In this document: piece after piece, positions 41,261 to 55,220 of the stretch
How the letters are laid out: every line of letters starts with the position of its first letter
Numbering within the stretch: position 1 is the stretch's first letter
Assembly (NCBI GenBank): GCA_964016885.1
Contig: OZ024743.1
Span: 44,020,001-44,084,000, forward strand
DNA: 64,000 bases
Source of the DNA: Eledone cirrhosa
Lineage: Eukaryota
Direction: 5' to 3'
Notes under the pieces: generated by a model
Database searches by the model: none
Told to the model about the DNA's origin: nothing
Seen by the model: the letters and a program-made list of their open reading frames with translations, nothing else
Position numbers and translations under genes: made by a program

Positions 41261-42639
41261 GGACCGGGTACGCACAGACCCGAACGGTCCAACGGGATTA
41301 AGGGAACTGACGCCATGCCCTGATGATATTGTCCGACCCCTGTAGCAAACATAAGTAAACCAGGGAGCGCACCTGACCGAGCACGCAACGTTGGGCAGAT
41401 ACATTGCCTAGGCCGGGAGCGGTTAACACGGGTCCACGCTCGTCCGGTCCGATACCCCAGACATATAGAACAGCACACCCCAGCCACAGTGCCATACCCA
41501 ATGGTGACTGGGCCAAGCGCCCCCTTGAATGTGTACCCCGTCAATCGTGACTAAATACTCTCCACATGTTCCACTGTGGAACACTGATTATTACTGTTAT
41601 TATTGTTTTGTTATTGTTACTTGTTCCATATACGGATCTAAGTTTGCACCTCATACTACCTGTGGGTAGTATATCACATGGATACACGCACCTTCTCCTG
41701 TACCCCCACCCCCACCCGTTTTTTTTATTTAACCCTTTTTTATAAATCTCTTCGTGAAGTTACATACAGATTTTAATGTATTTTAAAATATTGTAAATTT
41801 ATTTTATTTTATTATCCTATTGTGTTTATATGTGTGTTTTTATGTGTTGAAATGTGCGTAGGTATATGTATGTGTGTGTGTATGTATAGATATATACATA
41901 CGTGGGTGTGTATGGGGGGGTGTTTATGCATGTGTACGTATATGCATGAGCTTATAAGCGTGTGTGTGCATGCATGTACATGTATGTACATATGTGGCTG
42001 AGTGTGTATATATATATATATGTATTTATATTTAAGTATAGCTGCGTATGAGTATGTGTGTAGGTGGGTGCGTATGTATATATATATATGTGTGTGTGTG
42101 TATGTATGTATATTGGGTCTCTATATGTATGTGTATTTAGGTGTTTATGTATATGTATGTGTAGATCTCACAGGAATGTGTATGGATGGATTATATATAC
42201 ACTTTTTTTATTATTATTATTATTTTATCATATATCCATTGTATATATCCGTATATGTATGTATGAATATGTGTCCATGTATATATAGATATATGTATAT
42301 TATATTATATACTATATTAATATTTTATGTTATGTTACTTTACTGTTATTTTATGGTATATTGTGTTTTTATTATATATTGTATTTTTATTTTACGGTTT
42401 TGTTTATATATGTATATGTGGAAACGTGTGTGTAAGCAAATATGCATATGTGCATGTGTCCGCATGTGGCCGTCCGCGTGCGTATGTATATGTATGTAAA
42501 TGTATATATGTATGCATGTATATACATATGTATATATGTGGGTGTGCGTATGCATGTAGAGTTTTATATATATATATGTGTGTGGATGTGTGTGTGGATG
42601 TAGTTATGTGTACGTATGTGTATTTTGTATGCGTGTGTG

Positions 42640-42724
<85 letters not shown>

Positions 42725-43506
42725 GTATATAAGGTTCTGCGTAGGTATGTGTGCGCGCGTATGCATGTGTATATGTGTATGTTTGCGTAGGTATGTGTAC
42801 ACATATGGATATATGTGTATACGTGTGTGTTTGCATTCGTATGTATATGTGTGTGTGTCTATGTACACACATATAGATAAAAATATATATGTATATGGTG
42901 TGAGTATCTGACAGTGAGGGTGCGTGTGTGTGGGCGCGTACATACACCCACACAGGACAGGGTTTGTCTCTGTTTGTATACGGGTGTATATAAACGTGTG
43001 TGTATACAGACGTGTCTGTCTGCGCATGTGTGCGCGTTTGCGTGCGTGAGGGACCGAATGTATGGCGCGGTTTAGGCAGGCGCTAATATGCTTGTGGCGG
43101 TCGGTATCTAGAAGTGGGTGTGCCTGGGTTTGTGGAAGAGAGGGAGAGTGTGTGTGTGTGTATATATGTGCATGGGTGTATGTGTGCCTACACTTGTATG
43201 CGTACACATGTGTAAGCACGCATATGTCTATGGCTGCCCGTGTGTGTGTATATGTATGTGTGTGTATGTGTGGGTACATACTCTGGAGTGTGAACAGACG
43301 TGTGAGATACCGAACCCAGCATGACTCCATTGAAGTGTGTCCGACGGAAAATGGTTGATGACCCGTGTAACAGCAAATAGTGACAAGAACTTAAGATGAC
43401 GTGGGTTAACAACAGCCAATGGCATGACAAGAGTGGAAGATGTTTTTTGAAGGTGTTCTTTTGACGATAACACCCCAGTGAGAACATTTTCTCCGAACGA
43501 ATTACT

Positions 43507-43597
43507 CGTGTCCGGAGGAACCTGCAGCCGTAGAATCATCCAGATCCATACAGTGATCATGTCTCGAGCTACCTGCTGGCGAAACAATTGTAACACG
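43507..43597 (+). ncRNA. Hammerhead-like motif (family 8)
   Basis: cgtgt-CCGGAGGA-acctgcag..ctgctggc-GAAAC aatt GTA^acacg; stem I cgtgt/acacg. Confidence 0.62.
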
Positions 43598-43652
43598 CAA
43601 TAAACTGAGGCCATATGCATCACTGATTTTTCGTTTTTTTATGTTATATATA

Positions 43653-43731
<79 letters not shown>

Positions 43732-44649
43732 TTTCCACTGGTGTGTGGATGAATTCTAATTGACAAACGATATTTACACTTAGTAGGTTTAATATTTTCA
43801 GTAGCATGCAATGTATTATACCTATTTGCATGCTGGAACCCCCATTTCTGGTTTTAATGCATAAAGCATCCAGTTAGATGAAGAAGAATGTCCATTTATC
43901 CACCAACCCAGGATGGGTATCGAGAAAAAGAAAGTCATAGAAATAAACAAACGCTATATAAATAGACATATTCCTATAGATACAGAGACGTAGAGTCGTA
44001 TCTGTTATTGTATCTGCACTCAAGAATTAGGCGTTATGTTCTTTTGAAATATCCAATTGATAAAGGAACTTGTTTTTCTGTTTCCTTATATTTATAAATA
44101 TATGTTATTGATATATATTATTCATATAATATCAATGTTCAGATTTGATGTACTTAAAATCAATTTTTATGTAATGCTAGGCAAACTGTTTCGGGAAATA
44201 CATAACATATGATGGGAATCACAACTCTTGTAACGGGTTTGTTCGTTAATGACAGCAAAGGGGAAATTTGAGCACCGGGGTGATACCAGAGATTTATGTT
44301 CTGTTATATAAAGAATGCTCTTTTAAAATCTCTTTTGTTATATGGTTATTTCGAATGAAGCATCGGCTGAACACGCTGATTTAAGCATAGTGGGGAAATT
44401 GACTAGGACGTAATTAATATTAAGCCTATTTTGACTCACTAGGGTGTGAATATAGTGCAACAAGGACGGAAAAACAACTACACATATGGCTGACCGGCAT
44501 TCCCACGCCAGCTGGTCAGAACGTATATAAAACTTCATAATGTGGCACTCGTATTTTTATTCTACATAAACATATAGTAAATGTTTGCACATATATCTTG
44601 AATATATGTTTCTGTCAATTTCGGCAAAAGATATGTTAAACCTTGTGCA

Positions 44650-46250
44650 AACCAATGAGAAGATTTCTCAAGATTGTGCATTATGACATTTTACCAACGT
44701 ATTATGTTAGTGAGGAAAACCATAGGGTTGCTACTTTATCAATACCAGTATATATCAATTTATTGCCTTCCTTTCGTGCTAACTCTAGTTCTTCCATAGT
44801 TATGTCTTGCCAAGTCTGACTTTCTAAATTACTATCCTCAATTTCATGAATATTTCATGAATTTTTCGTGTTCCGATTTCCCTGTAAAACCTTTTTTTAT
44901 ATCTGACATAAACAGCTTATTTTGCCTCTAAACCCTATGTTGGTTTTCAAATCTTCTGAGGTTTTGGAATTTCAGTTGTACTCTGTTTCAGAGATTCTTT
45001 GATTGATGGAATATTAGGTTTTGAAGTTACGATGTATTTTTTAATCACTTTCCTTCTGTTTCTTGACTTGCCAGTTTTACACGTACATATCTCATCTAGG
45101 ATCGATATCATTTCATTTCTTTCTTACTTTTTTATCTTATAGGGTATTTCATTTTTTGTGACAGTTCTGTCCTTTTTGTTTTGTTTTTTTTCTTTAACCC
45201 ACATTTCCTTTATATTACCATTGCTGCTGCATAAATAACCACGTTCGTTTATGATATATCAGGCTCCATCTCTTCAATAATTGCTTTAACAACCTGATTT
45301 CCAGTTTTCATATCTCTTTTGTTCTGTGTGTTGCTTGTCACTTCTTGCAAGGACTCTTTTTCATTCGTACTAATATTTGTTTTATATATATTTTCTATGT
45401 TCATTGAGAAATTATTCTTTTGTTTGTTCTATCTGATGTTCATGTTCATGAATAGAATTATTCTCATCTATATTGTTAATCTGTCTTTCAGCTTGACCCT
45501 GCTCTGTTGTGTTTATGATGTTCTGTGAAATCTCTCCTGGGGACAACATATTCAATACGTTGTGTGGTGTCTCTTCTGTCATATATTCATTTTTATCCCT
45601 TTCTGGTATTGGTATTCTGAAATCGTTTTCAACATTTGTCTTACATTCATTTAAGTCTGCATCTGTAAGTCTCTCGTTTACAGAAATAAATATTTTTGCT
45701 TTTCCTGGTTTGCTTTCGTCTAGGCTACGTTTCATAGCTGGAATTCTTTCCCTCTCTGTCCTAAAAGAAGTCACTGTGTATTTTAATTCGATGGTTTGCA
45801 CAATGATTGATAGAGTGCAAAAACCACTTCTTTATATTATCTTTCTATTCGGGAGTCCATTTGATACGTTGTGCTTTTATTCTTCCTTGTGGTGCTAAGG
45901 GATTGTGTTGAGATTATTCCCATTCACATGACCATTCAAGTCCGTATTTGTCGAAGAGCTCGTTTCAGCTACAGACCTTTCGACAATAGGCTGATTCCAC
46001 CGTGAGAGATGTAGCCCTTGTTGACCTGGGAGGCGACCGTACCGTGATGTGCTTTTATCCGCAGATATTGTGGGGCTTTTTTTTTGTTTTGATGTTTTTT
46101 CATGGGTTTTATACTTCAAGACACAAATGGTATGTTTGTTCAACGTTCCACATCTATGGCGATTGTAAATCAATGAGTTTTTTCTACGACACGGGTTTTA
46201 ATATTGTTAATGCTGTCCTTAATGTTCTCTTCGTAGAAACCGTTTGTGAT
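44650..46250 (-). mobile_element. Decayed R4/Dong-like non-LTR retrotransposon, N-terminal region up to RT domain 0
   Basis: Manual translation gives TNVVIYAAAMVI, RQNKLFMSDIK-(R)FYREIG and WQDITMEEL..GIDKVATLW, resembling motifs upstream of R4/Dong RT; many stops. Confidence 0.7.
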
Positions 46251-46642
46251 TAATAAAGACGATATTACCACTATCATCAACACACCACCACTAGAACCAC
46301 CACTATCAAGATTATTCCCATTATCACTATTATTGTTGATACTCTATGTAGCTTTGTTGTTATCAATGTGTTACTTCCTGATGTTTTTATATTGTCTGTG
46401 TCTAACTTACGTACATATACAAGCCATTGAAAAAGTAGAGCCTACCTACGCTAGTGTTTCTTCGGATGATTTTCTAGTTGTATTTTGTTTTTGTCCGTGC
46501 CACCTTTTGTCTAATTCTCAGCAACATTTATATATATGGGGTTTGTTGATTTGTACGTACATAAATCTGAAACCATCATTGTTGTTTTTATTGCTGTTAG
46601 ATCGTCAAACACATGCTAAGTAGTATATATTCAGTTCTTTGG

Positions 46643-46790
46643 GTTCTGAGATAAAATTCGGCCGAACTTAGCTTTGCCTTTCATGAGCTCAATAAAATAA
46701 CAACCAGTAACACACGGGAGACGATTTAATCGACTTTTCCCAAACCTTCAAAATTGTTGGCCTAGTAGCAAATGTAGAAATAAATATTAT
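46643..46790 (+). mobile_element. Degenerate SINE related to family A
   Basis: ctttgcctttcat..aataaaata..accagtaa..taatcgact..ggcctagtagcaaatgtagaaa. Confidence 0.65.
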
Positions 46791-46991
46791 TGTTAGCGTA
46801 TTATTATTATTTATTAAAATAATAAAGAAACCAATATATATTATTTATTTTAGTTATGTATTCCATGGAATTCGTGTCGTAAGAATTGTAAAGATATAAT
46901 AATGTAGGAACTATTCAGCAATCTTAGTTTGATTCATATATATAAAAATATATATATATATATAAATCAAATTAATAAATATATATATGTG

Positions 46992-47025
<34 letters not shown>

Positions 47026-47046
47026 AATCAAATTAATAAATATATA

Positions 47047-47111
<65 letters not shown>

Positions 47112-47140
47112 GGGTGTGTATGATTGTGTACAGAAGATTA

Positions 47141-47520
47141 TATTAATAAACGGAATTCCAGCTTTGTCTGATTTACACGTTTTATTTACAATCCTTTAAA
47201 ATTATAATGATATTATAGTGAAATAGTATGGTGGAATATTAAGTGTTAAATGCTAATTGAACAAGTACTTTTATGCTTTCTCAATCTTCAGGTTCATATT
47301 CAGTGGTGACAGCAAAGTTTGCAATTTTCAACTGCTGAAAATTGCAAACTTGACTGTCACCACTGAATATGAACCTGAAGATTGCGAAAGCATAAAAGTA
47401 CTTACAAGCAATTAAGACTTAATATTCTACCATACTATTTCATTATAATATCATTATCATTTTCAAGGATTATAAATAAAACGAGTAAATCAGACAAGTT
47501 GGAATTCCTTTTATTAATAT
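47141..47520. repeat. Fold-back, ~185-bp arms, 5-nt loop (47331-47335), in (TA)n
   Basis: Arms are reverse complements; extra tail 47109-47140 on the left only. Confidence 0.9.
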
Positions 47521-47989
47521 ATATATACATATATATATAACAAATTATGTATATATATATATATATATATTTAAATGTATATTATGTATATATATATATA
47601 TATATATATAGATATAGATACATGTGCATGTGTGCGTGTGTCATTAACATAATCTGTGCAATACATGTGTAACTGAAGGAAAAGACCCTCAGTATGTTCA
47701 CAACTTAATGCACGAGATGTCAACCCATCCAGAAATGCTTATAATTGGAAGATCCAGACCAATGATTATTGGGCTGTCGACTATACATACCAATCATGAC
47801 AAATCCCATATGTAAGCCGGGGTTTGTGTGAGGAATTTTGCAGCCATCTGAATCCTCTGCTATTTTATGGCACGGTTTTTTTTTATAGTAGACGAAAATG
47901 ATTTATTTTCCAATGGCTGTTTATTACATTCTTAATTTGTTTAATATAACTGTTGATTTATATAGATCGTTACCCTGTTTTCAACTATA

Positions 47990-48004
47990 TATGCATATAC
48001 ATGC

Positions 48005-48102
<98 letters not shown>

Positions 48103-48336
48103 GCATATATATGCATATGTATGCATATATATATATATAATGTATATGCATACGTATGTGTATATATATATATAATGTATATGTATATGCATATATATGT
48201 ATATATATATGTATATATATATATATGTATATGCATATATATATATATATGTATATGCATATATATATATATACATATACATATATATATATATGCATAT
48301 ATATATATGCATATAAATATATAGATATGCATATAC

Positions 48337-48415
<79 letters not shown>
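47990..48415. repeat. Degenerate (TA)n microsatellite
   Basis: Direct reading. Confidence 0.97.
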
Positions 48416-48417
<2 letters not shown>

Positions 48418-49092
48418 GATAAATCTACCAAGAGTTTACGGTAGTGTCCAATCCGTATGAAGAACTCAATGTATTCCGGATATCATGGAAAGAAGAGATG
48501 TAATGAAAAACCACTTTCGGTGAAAGATAAACGGTATACAGAGTCAAGATAAAATATTAAACAAATAATGAATAAACAATTCCTTATATTAAACAAAAAA
48601 AGTTCATTATTTAACGATCGTTTCTAGGGTATATATGTGTTATAATTGGTATGCATATTCAACAGATCTATGTACAAAATTATACAAAATTATACAAATT
48701 ATCAAGATTAAATATACATACCTAACACATATATACGCCGTCTTCAGAAATAATGAAGTATATTTATTGATAATAACAACAATTCAAAATTTCAGTTCAA
48801 AATTGACCAATGAAAACACAAAGGGTTAAAAGCAGTTCGGTGTGTGTATATACATGTAAAATCCTTACACATATTTTACAAAAATGTATGTATAACTTGT
48901 ATACGCATACTAAAAAGATGGATGCAAACACAAAATTTCAAGGTTAATATCTCTGTAAGCTTAAAATGCGCTGATAAGATGCGCATTGATACTTATGGAG
49001 TCAAGCATATAAATATATTTTTTTAGAAACGATCGTTAAATAATGAACTTTTTTTGTTTAATATAAGGAATTGTTTATTCATTATTTGTTTA

Positions 49093-49098
<6 letters not shown>
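48416..49098 (-). mobile_element. Family 2 cassette with short inverted arm (49024-49098)
   Basis: Homologous to 15965-16828. Confidence 0.9.
48603..48757 (-). ncRNA. Hammerhead with 116-nt stem II (family 2, copy 2)
   Basis: ttcattattt-CTGAAGA-cggcgtatatatgtgttaggtatg..cataccaattataacacatatataccct a-GAAAC gatc GTT^aaataatgaa. Confidence 0.8.
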
Positions 49099-49156
<58 letters not shown>

Positions 49157-49291
49157 AATACATATATATGCATATACATATACATTATATATATATACAT
49201 ATATATATACATTATATATATATAAGTAATTTATATATACATATATATAGATTATATATATATATACATTATATATATATACATATACATT

Positions 49292-49479
49292 GGGCGGTGG
49301 ATTGGCAGTATCGGTAGAGGTACGGAAGCCATTCTTTCCAGCATAGTTACGTCCCTTTACGATCTGAGTTCAAATCCCCCCGAGATCGCCTTTGCCATTC
49401 ATCCTTACGGGGTCGATAAAATAAAGTACCAGTAATGCACTGGGTAATTGCTGGCATTGTGCCTAATGTAGAAACAATT
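49292..49479 (+). mobile_element. SINE family A, full length
   Basis: Aligns end to end with 12244-12440. Confidence 0.9.
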
Positions 49480-49508
49480 ATATATATATAAATATACCTT
49501 ATATATCT

Positions 49509-49551
<43 letters not shown>

Positions 49552-49552
<1 letters not shown>

Positions 49553-50073
49553 ATATTCATTAGTTAAGTAAAACAAGACCACAAATTTCACAAGGAAGAC
49601 ATTATTAAAAGATTGTCAACATATTTTAGTTTGAATGTAGAGAATAATAATAATAATAATATTAATAATAATAATGTCCGTTTACAATTGTTTCGCTACT
49701 CCATATAATATTTCTGAATCACATGACTATATATCATTATTGATCTCGTTCAGTTGAAAATAATTAACATATTTACAAACAGAGCGGCTCATCGGAACTT
49801 CAAAGGAATATAAATTAAAATATGGAGAGAATGTTACATAATGTAATGTTCCATATATTGGTATATACATTATATGGAACATTACATTATGTAACATTAT
49901 TAACAGAAATATTATATGGAGTAGCGAAACAATTGTAAACGGATATTATTATTATTAATATTATTATTATTATTCTCTACATTCCTTACATCAAACTAAA
50001 ATATGTTGACAATCTTTTAATAATGTCTTCCTTGTGAAATTTGTGGTCTTGTTTTGCTTAACTAATGAATATT
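49552..50073. mobile_element. Inverted pLTR-like cassette (family 12): arms 49552-49716 / 49903-50073, with inner hairpin 49830-49898
   Basis: Reverse-complement arms read directly. Confidence 0.88.
49680..49798 (-). ncRNA. Hammerhead with ~94-nt stem/loop II (family 12), core CCGAUGA
   Basis: gtt-CCGATGA-gccgctctgt..atggagtagc-GAAAC aatt GTA^aac. Confidence 0.65.
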
Positions 50074-50261
50074 TCCAGCTCTGTGCACCTAACCTCTGCA
50101 TAAATCCAGCCACCTAGCTGCTTTCTACTGCATATTTCACATTGAGCACATGCCTTTACGCTTTGGCTTGTAACTAATTCACCAATCTCTCCTCTCCTAT
50201 CTCCTCTCTTATCTCCATCTCTCTCTTTATGGGTACTCTTGAACTGTGTATATACATATAA

Positions 50262-50293
<32 letters not shown>

Positions 50294-50376
50294 TATACAT
50301 AAAATATATATATTCGATGTGGTTATCATCTTAAAATCCCTTCTGGGTTCTGTATTGAACACACTCTAGATTTGTA

Positions 50377-50417
50377 TGCCCTTGAGAAGCCCTTTTCGGG
50401 CGAAACGTACGTAGGTG
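50377..50417 (+). ncRNA. Minimal hammerhead, U3-A8 variant (family 13)
   Basis: cc-TTGAGAA-gccc ttttc gggc-GAAAC gtac GTA^gg; stem III ACGTACGT is palindromic; stem I weak. Confidence 0.72.
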
Positions 50418-50526
50418 GTTATTGTATAAACATGTTCTAACAGTCTGTATTCTCTTTCGTAATTCTTTCATTTATATATATATATATATATATATACATA
50501 CATACATACATACATACATACATACA

Positions 50527-50557
<31 letters not shown>

Positions 50558-51229
50558 TATATAATATATATATACATATGGGGATCATGGGTGTATGTGA
50601 AAGTGAGAGAGGGGAAAGATAATTGATTCTCTAAAGTAAGTGTATGTATAATAAAGTTTCTTATAAACAATCATAATGATAATGATTGTGGATCTCCTGA
50701 AAGCTGGAGATTGGCATTCAGTTATCCAATCACCGCAACAGCATACTAGTTAAATTAACGTGCAAGTGACTCAGCCTTTTACAAGAAATTTAAATAAATA
50801 CAGTTTAACAAGAACCTCCCATTCAAGTAAATGTACAATCCATCAGAGTGCATCCGTACATACGTTCTCTCACATGACTTGTGTAAACCTAATGATATTG
50901 GAAACGGCATTTGCTCGAGAGACATTTGAGTGAAATAGAACGCAAGATCTTGCGTCTTATCGATTCAGTTATGCCAATGTCCAGAATAAGAGGATTAAAA
51001 GAAAATGCTTTATAATCGATACATTACCTAATGTGATTCCTCGCACATGGTAATTATCACGAGTCATTAAATCAAGTTTCATTTAACTGAGTAAATAAAT
51101 GGCTGATCATTTTTTAATCGATGTGCATGGTGGATTGTCGGTCATAAAAAAATATAATTAGATTAAAATTAACTAAATTCATTATTGAATTTCACCTTTC
51201 TGAAAAATTATTGCATCTCTATATAATAT

Positions 51230-51420
51230 TAATTGTTTCTACTTTTGAGACAAGGCCAGCAATTACCCAGTGCATTACTGGTACTTTATTGTATCGACCC
51301 CGTAAGAATTAAAGGCAAAGTTAACCTCGGTGGGATTTGTACTCAGTCCATAAAGGGCCGTAACACTTTGCTGCAAAGCATGGTGTCTGACCCTCTACCG
51401 ATACTGCCAATCCACCGCCC
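51230..51420 (-). mobile_element. SINE family A, full length
   Basis: Reverse complement of the 49292 copy. Confidence 0.9.
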
Positions 51421-52105
51421 TATATAATATCTATACATGTTCAATAATGTAGATTTCTTATGTAATAAACATATAATGTAACAACCAAAGTCATTTAATT
51501 GTAAACAGAATTTTATATTCTCATATATATCAAATGTTGAAAATACATTTTATAAAAGCAAAATTCATGTTAATAGGTTAAATGCATTTTATTTTGTTTT
51601 TAATTTAGTCAAAATTAATAAGATGTTCAAAAGCATTACAAAATACATCCTACGACATAAATCTAATATACCATATTGTTAATTTAATCATAATTAATAC
51701 TAATATAATCCAAGAAAACTAAAAATAAAATATGTGATACAAATTTAAACTCAAATATTTTGTATTAGCTAAAATTATTTTTCAAAATATTTAATAATCA
51801 ATCTTATTTAAATTGTAAAATGTTCATTATTTATGATATATAATTTGAGGCGCTGAATTAGCAGACCTATTATAACATTTAATATTATAATTACGGTAGG
51901 CTCCGGCCAATATTACCTTCCATTTATTATAAGTCGATGAATAAAATGTCTTCTGATACAAGGGTCGGTTAATCCTTTGTTGTTCTTTGTTACTTTAAAA
52001 TACTCTTCCTTTGCTGAAAGTCAGCTGATTTATGACTGGTAGGTACATTAACCGTTGCAAATATAAGGGGAAAAGATATTCAATAGATTAAAAATGTATC
52101 ATTGT

Positions 52106-52199
52106 ACTTTGCCTTTCATCCTTACGGGATCGATAAAATAAAGTACAGTAATACACTGAGATAATTGCTGGCCTTGTGCCAAAAGTATAAACAAGTATT
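52106..52199 (+). mobile_element. SINE family A, 3' half
   Basis: actttgcctttcatccttacgggatcgataaaataaagtac..ggccttgtgccaaaagta. Confidence 0.85.
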
Positions 52200-52723
52200 G
52201 TACTTACCTTACAAAATACATCATATGACGACATTTAAAATAAAATAATTATGAACAACAAATCCTTAATCACAACTTCATGTATATTTCAAATTATATA
52301 ATTCACCCATCCAGATTACAGGAATGGCGAAATATATACTTAGCAAATCCAGCAAAATATTCTAGTACATCTTGCCGACAAATTATTAAAATGGGAAAAG
52401 TATTGATCTTACGTGTAATTTCATGAATGAATAAACGAAATCAATAAAATATCATATGACAAAACAATTATTGTAAAATTATTTTTGTTTAAATACATTA
52501 AATGTTTACATTAGTAATTATAAACTAACGAATGTAAAATATAATGAATTGAAATGAAATAACGACACGTGAACATACAGGTAGAAATATTAATGAAGGC
52601 AATCCGATGACTGATATAGGAATACACTTATTTCTAATTAAACACTAAACTAACACACAAACCTAGAGAAACATAGTGATATGGAAATGTTCATTATTTT
52701 GCCAATGTACGGCAGCGTTTACA

Positions 52724-52892
<169 letters not shown>

Positions 52893-55169
52893 TAAATTTC
52901 AATTAAGAAATACAAAAAATAATTTCTTTAAAAAGACCATAAACAACAAAATTAGATGATTTAATCAAATGGTATGGAAGAATAATTAAAAATAAATTTA
53001 AAGAAAGAATAATTTTAAATAATAAAATTGAAGGATGCCACAAAAGTATAAACCATAAAGAAAATAAATTCATTTAAAATGATACAAAATATAATGGATA
53101 ATGTTAATTATGATATGCGATAATGTGTTCGAGAGAGTTTAAAGACACAAATTAATGTTACACGCGTAAATGATAAATATTGAACTAACAAATACGTGAA
53201 CTATTAGTTCGTCCATATAATCTTAACTATAACAAAGTAAGGCGTGCGGGACAGCGTCCAGAATATATTCTTTTTTATCCCGATTGTAAAATAAGTTGGA
53301 TTACTTTGAATAAATAATGAATGAATATTACATAATTCATCTACTAAATGTCGTTGTTCTTGATTAAATATAAATAATGTTGTTGTTTATTTTAATATTC
53401 ACTTATTTAAAATGTTTAAATGTCATCACTTCCGGTTAGCGATCGCTTATATAAACATTCATATATTTCCGTCACTAATTTTTTCCTAATGCAGTTTATA
53501 TATAATATCGCCATTTTTAATGCATCATGGATTACATTACTGATTACATAAGACAGTGTAACGAAGTCTTCGTTCAATTTCTGAGTATATTGTCAATTAC
53601 GATTTTATTTGTTGTATCATATCTACATGCATATATACTTGTGTATAATATCAATATGCACACTACAGATACTAGCAGAAAAACCACCCAAAGGGTGCTT
53701 TTTCAACTAGTGTAAGTAATGGACCATTGATAAAAGAGCTGAGTTTTGATAATAATATATGATTAGGATATTACAGGACGATTGACAGGAGCAAAAAAAT
53801 GTCCCATGGTGACAGGAATATAATGGGTTATTTGGGGTATGAATATAACACTTTGGGATTGAGTTTGATTTTTTTCAAAGACCTAGTCCTCCTCAGTTGT
53901 ATCTCGCTTATTGAAGATCACCATGATAAATTAAAAACTATGTTTACTATTTTTTTATATTGATCAAAGTGTGACTTGGTTGTATTTTAGTAGTGTGATT
54001 TCTTCTTAATTCTTTTTTTTATTTTTGTAATAACAGTCTTTCTATTTCTAGTGATTCTGAACGTACGTTACATAAATCTTGATCATATATTTGTAAATGT
54101 CTAAAAGTATCGAAACAGTTATTTAGACGTTAGTGGAGGGCGAGCGCGACTGCGTGTGAATGACCAGTCGTCATAAGAAATAGCGCAACCCTGTTTGCAT
54201 TTTGAAAATCCGTATTATCAAATGGGTGGGCAAGAAATGAATAATGATTCCTCCCCTAACCACACATTTAATTTTGGCTGGTGGAATCTAAGATTACAGA
54301 AAAGTGAGGATAGTTTTCACCGCAATATTGTGGATAGTGATAGTTTGTTTACGAAACACCTCGTCCGAATAGATTTTTAGCTCATTTTGGGAGAGGGAAA
54401 TCTCACCTCTGAAGTCAAACGTGATCTATTGCTGCTTTTTTCAGGGATTGAGTAAAAAATATCGTATATCGAACTGTTTATGGAAAAATCAATATAGGAA
54501 GGATACAGATGTCCATCACTAGTATGTTCCCAGGCTGGGCCTAGTGGATAAAACACTAAATGATGTTGAGGCATTAATTGAAATTCAGTAGAAGAGTCTG
54601 GGTTGGCATATAGATCTCGGGGTTGGCTTTATTGTGCACAGAAACTGGTTCAAAGAGACATTGGAGAATAAATATGTCACTTGTATATCCCGTAAAAGGT
54701 ACATGGTGTAAAATAGCAGTTTCGTCCCTATTTATTCCGGCCGGAACCGCGTGAATGGTTATGAAATTCTTCGACATCATATAGGCTTCAAGTTAGGGGG
54801 TTATCGAGATGGCTCTCAGTTAGGGTGAAGAAAGAAATGTGTTTTGAATGGTTGGCAACCCAACCCTGAATGAATTGGATATTTAATGTTTGTGCATTGA
54901 TGGAAGTGCTGATGCTTTGTGCATTAAGAAAATAAGTTGAAGCTAGAGTAATGGCTGGTTCTGATATTTTCTGGGTATTGTATTGGGTTTGTGCGTTAAT
55001 GACAGCTATATTGCTAGCCTGTCCATCAAGGAAACAACAGACGTTGGCGTTGTGTGTTAACTAGAATTGTTTTGTGAGTTTTTTCCCAAAACATCATCGG
55101 TAAAGTTGAGTTTTCCTGTTTAGAAATGCGTAGGTACTTGGAGTTGTTACCGTGGCACTGTTGGATAAG

Positions 55170-55220
<51 letters not shown>

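Larger units (their letters stand above)
40250..43645 (+). mobile_element. 5'-truncated PLE with inverted pLTR (40250-40505), GIY-YIG remnant, ~2.2-kb microsatellite-like 3' region and terminal pLTR
   Basis: 40320-40505 is the reverse complement of 43453-43640; TA tracts on both sides. Confidence 0.88.

Noticed and set aside
47336-47405. Possible hammerhead (CTGAAGA ttgc GAAA) in the fold-back arm
   Set aside because: No convincing stem I or III, and the spacing is incompatible.
54200-55170. Possible decayed RT or host exon on the minus strand
   Set aside because: Only faint motif-like words, in inconsistent order; needs BLASTX.
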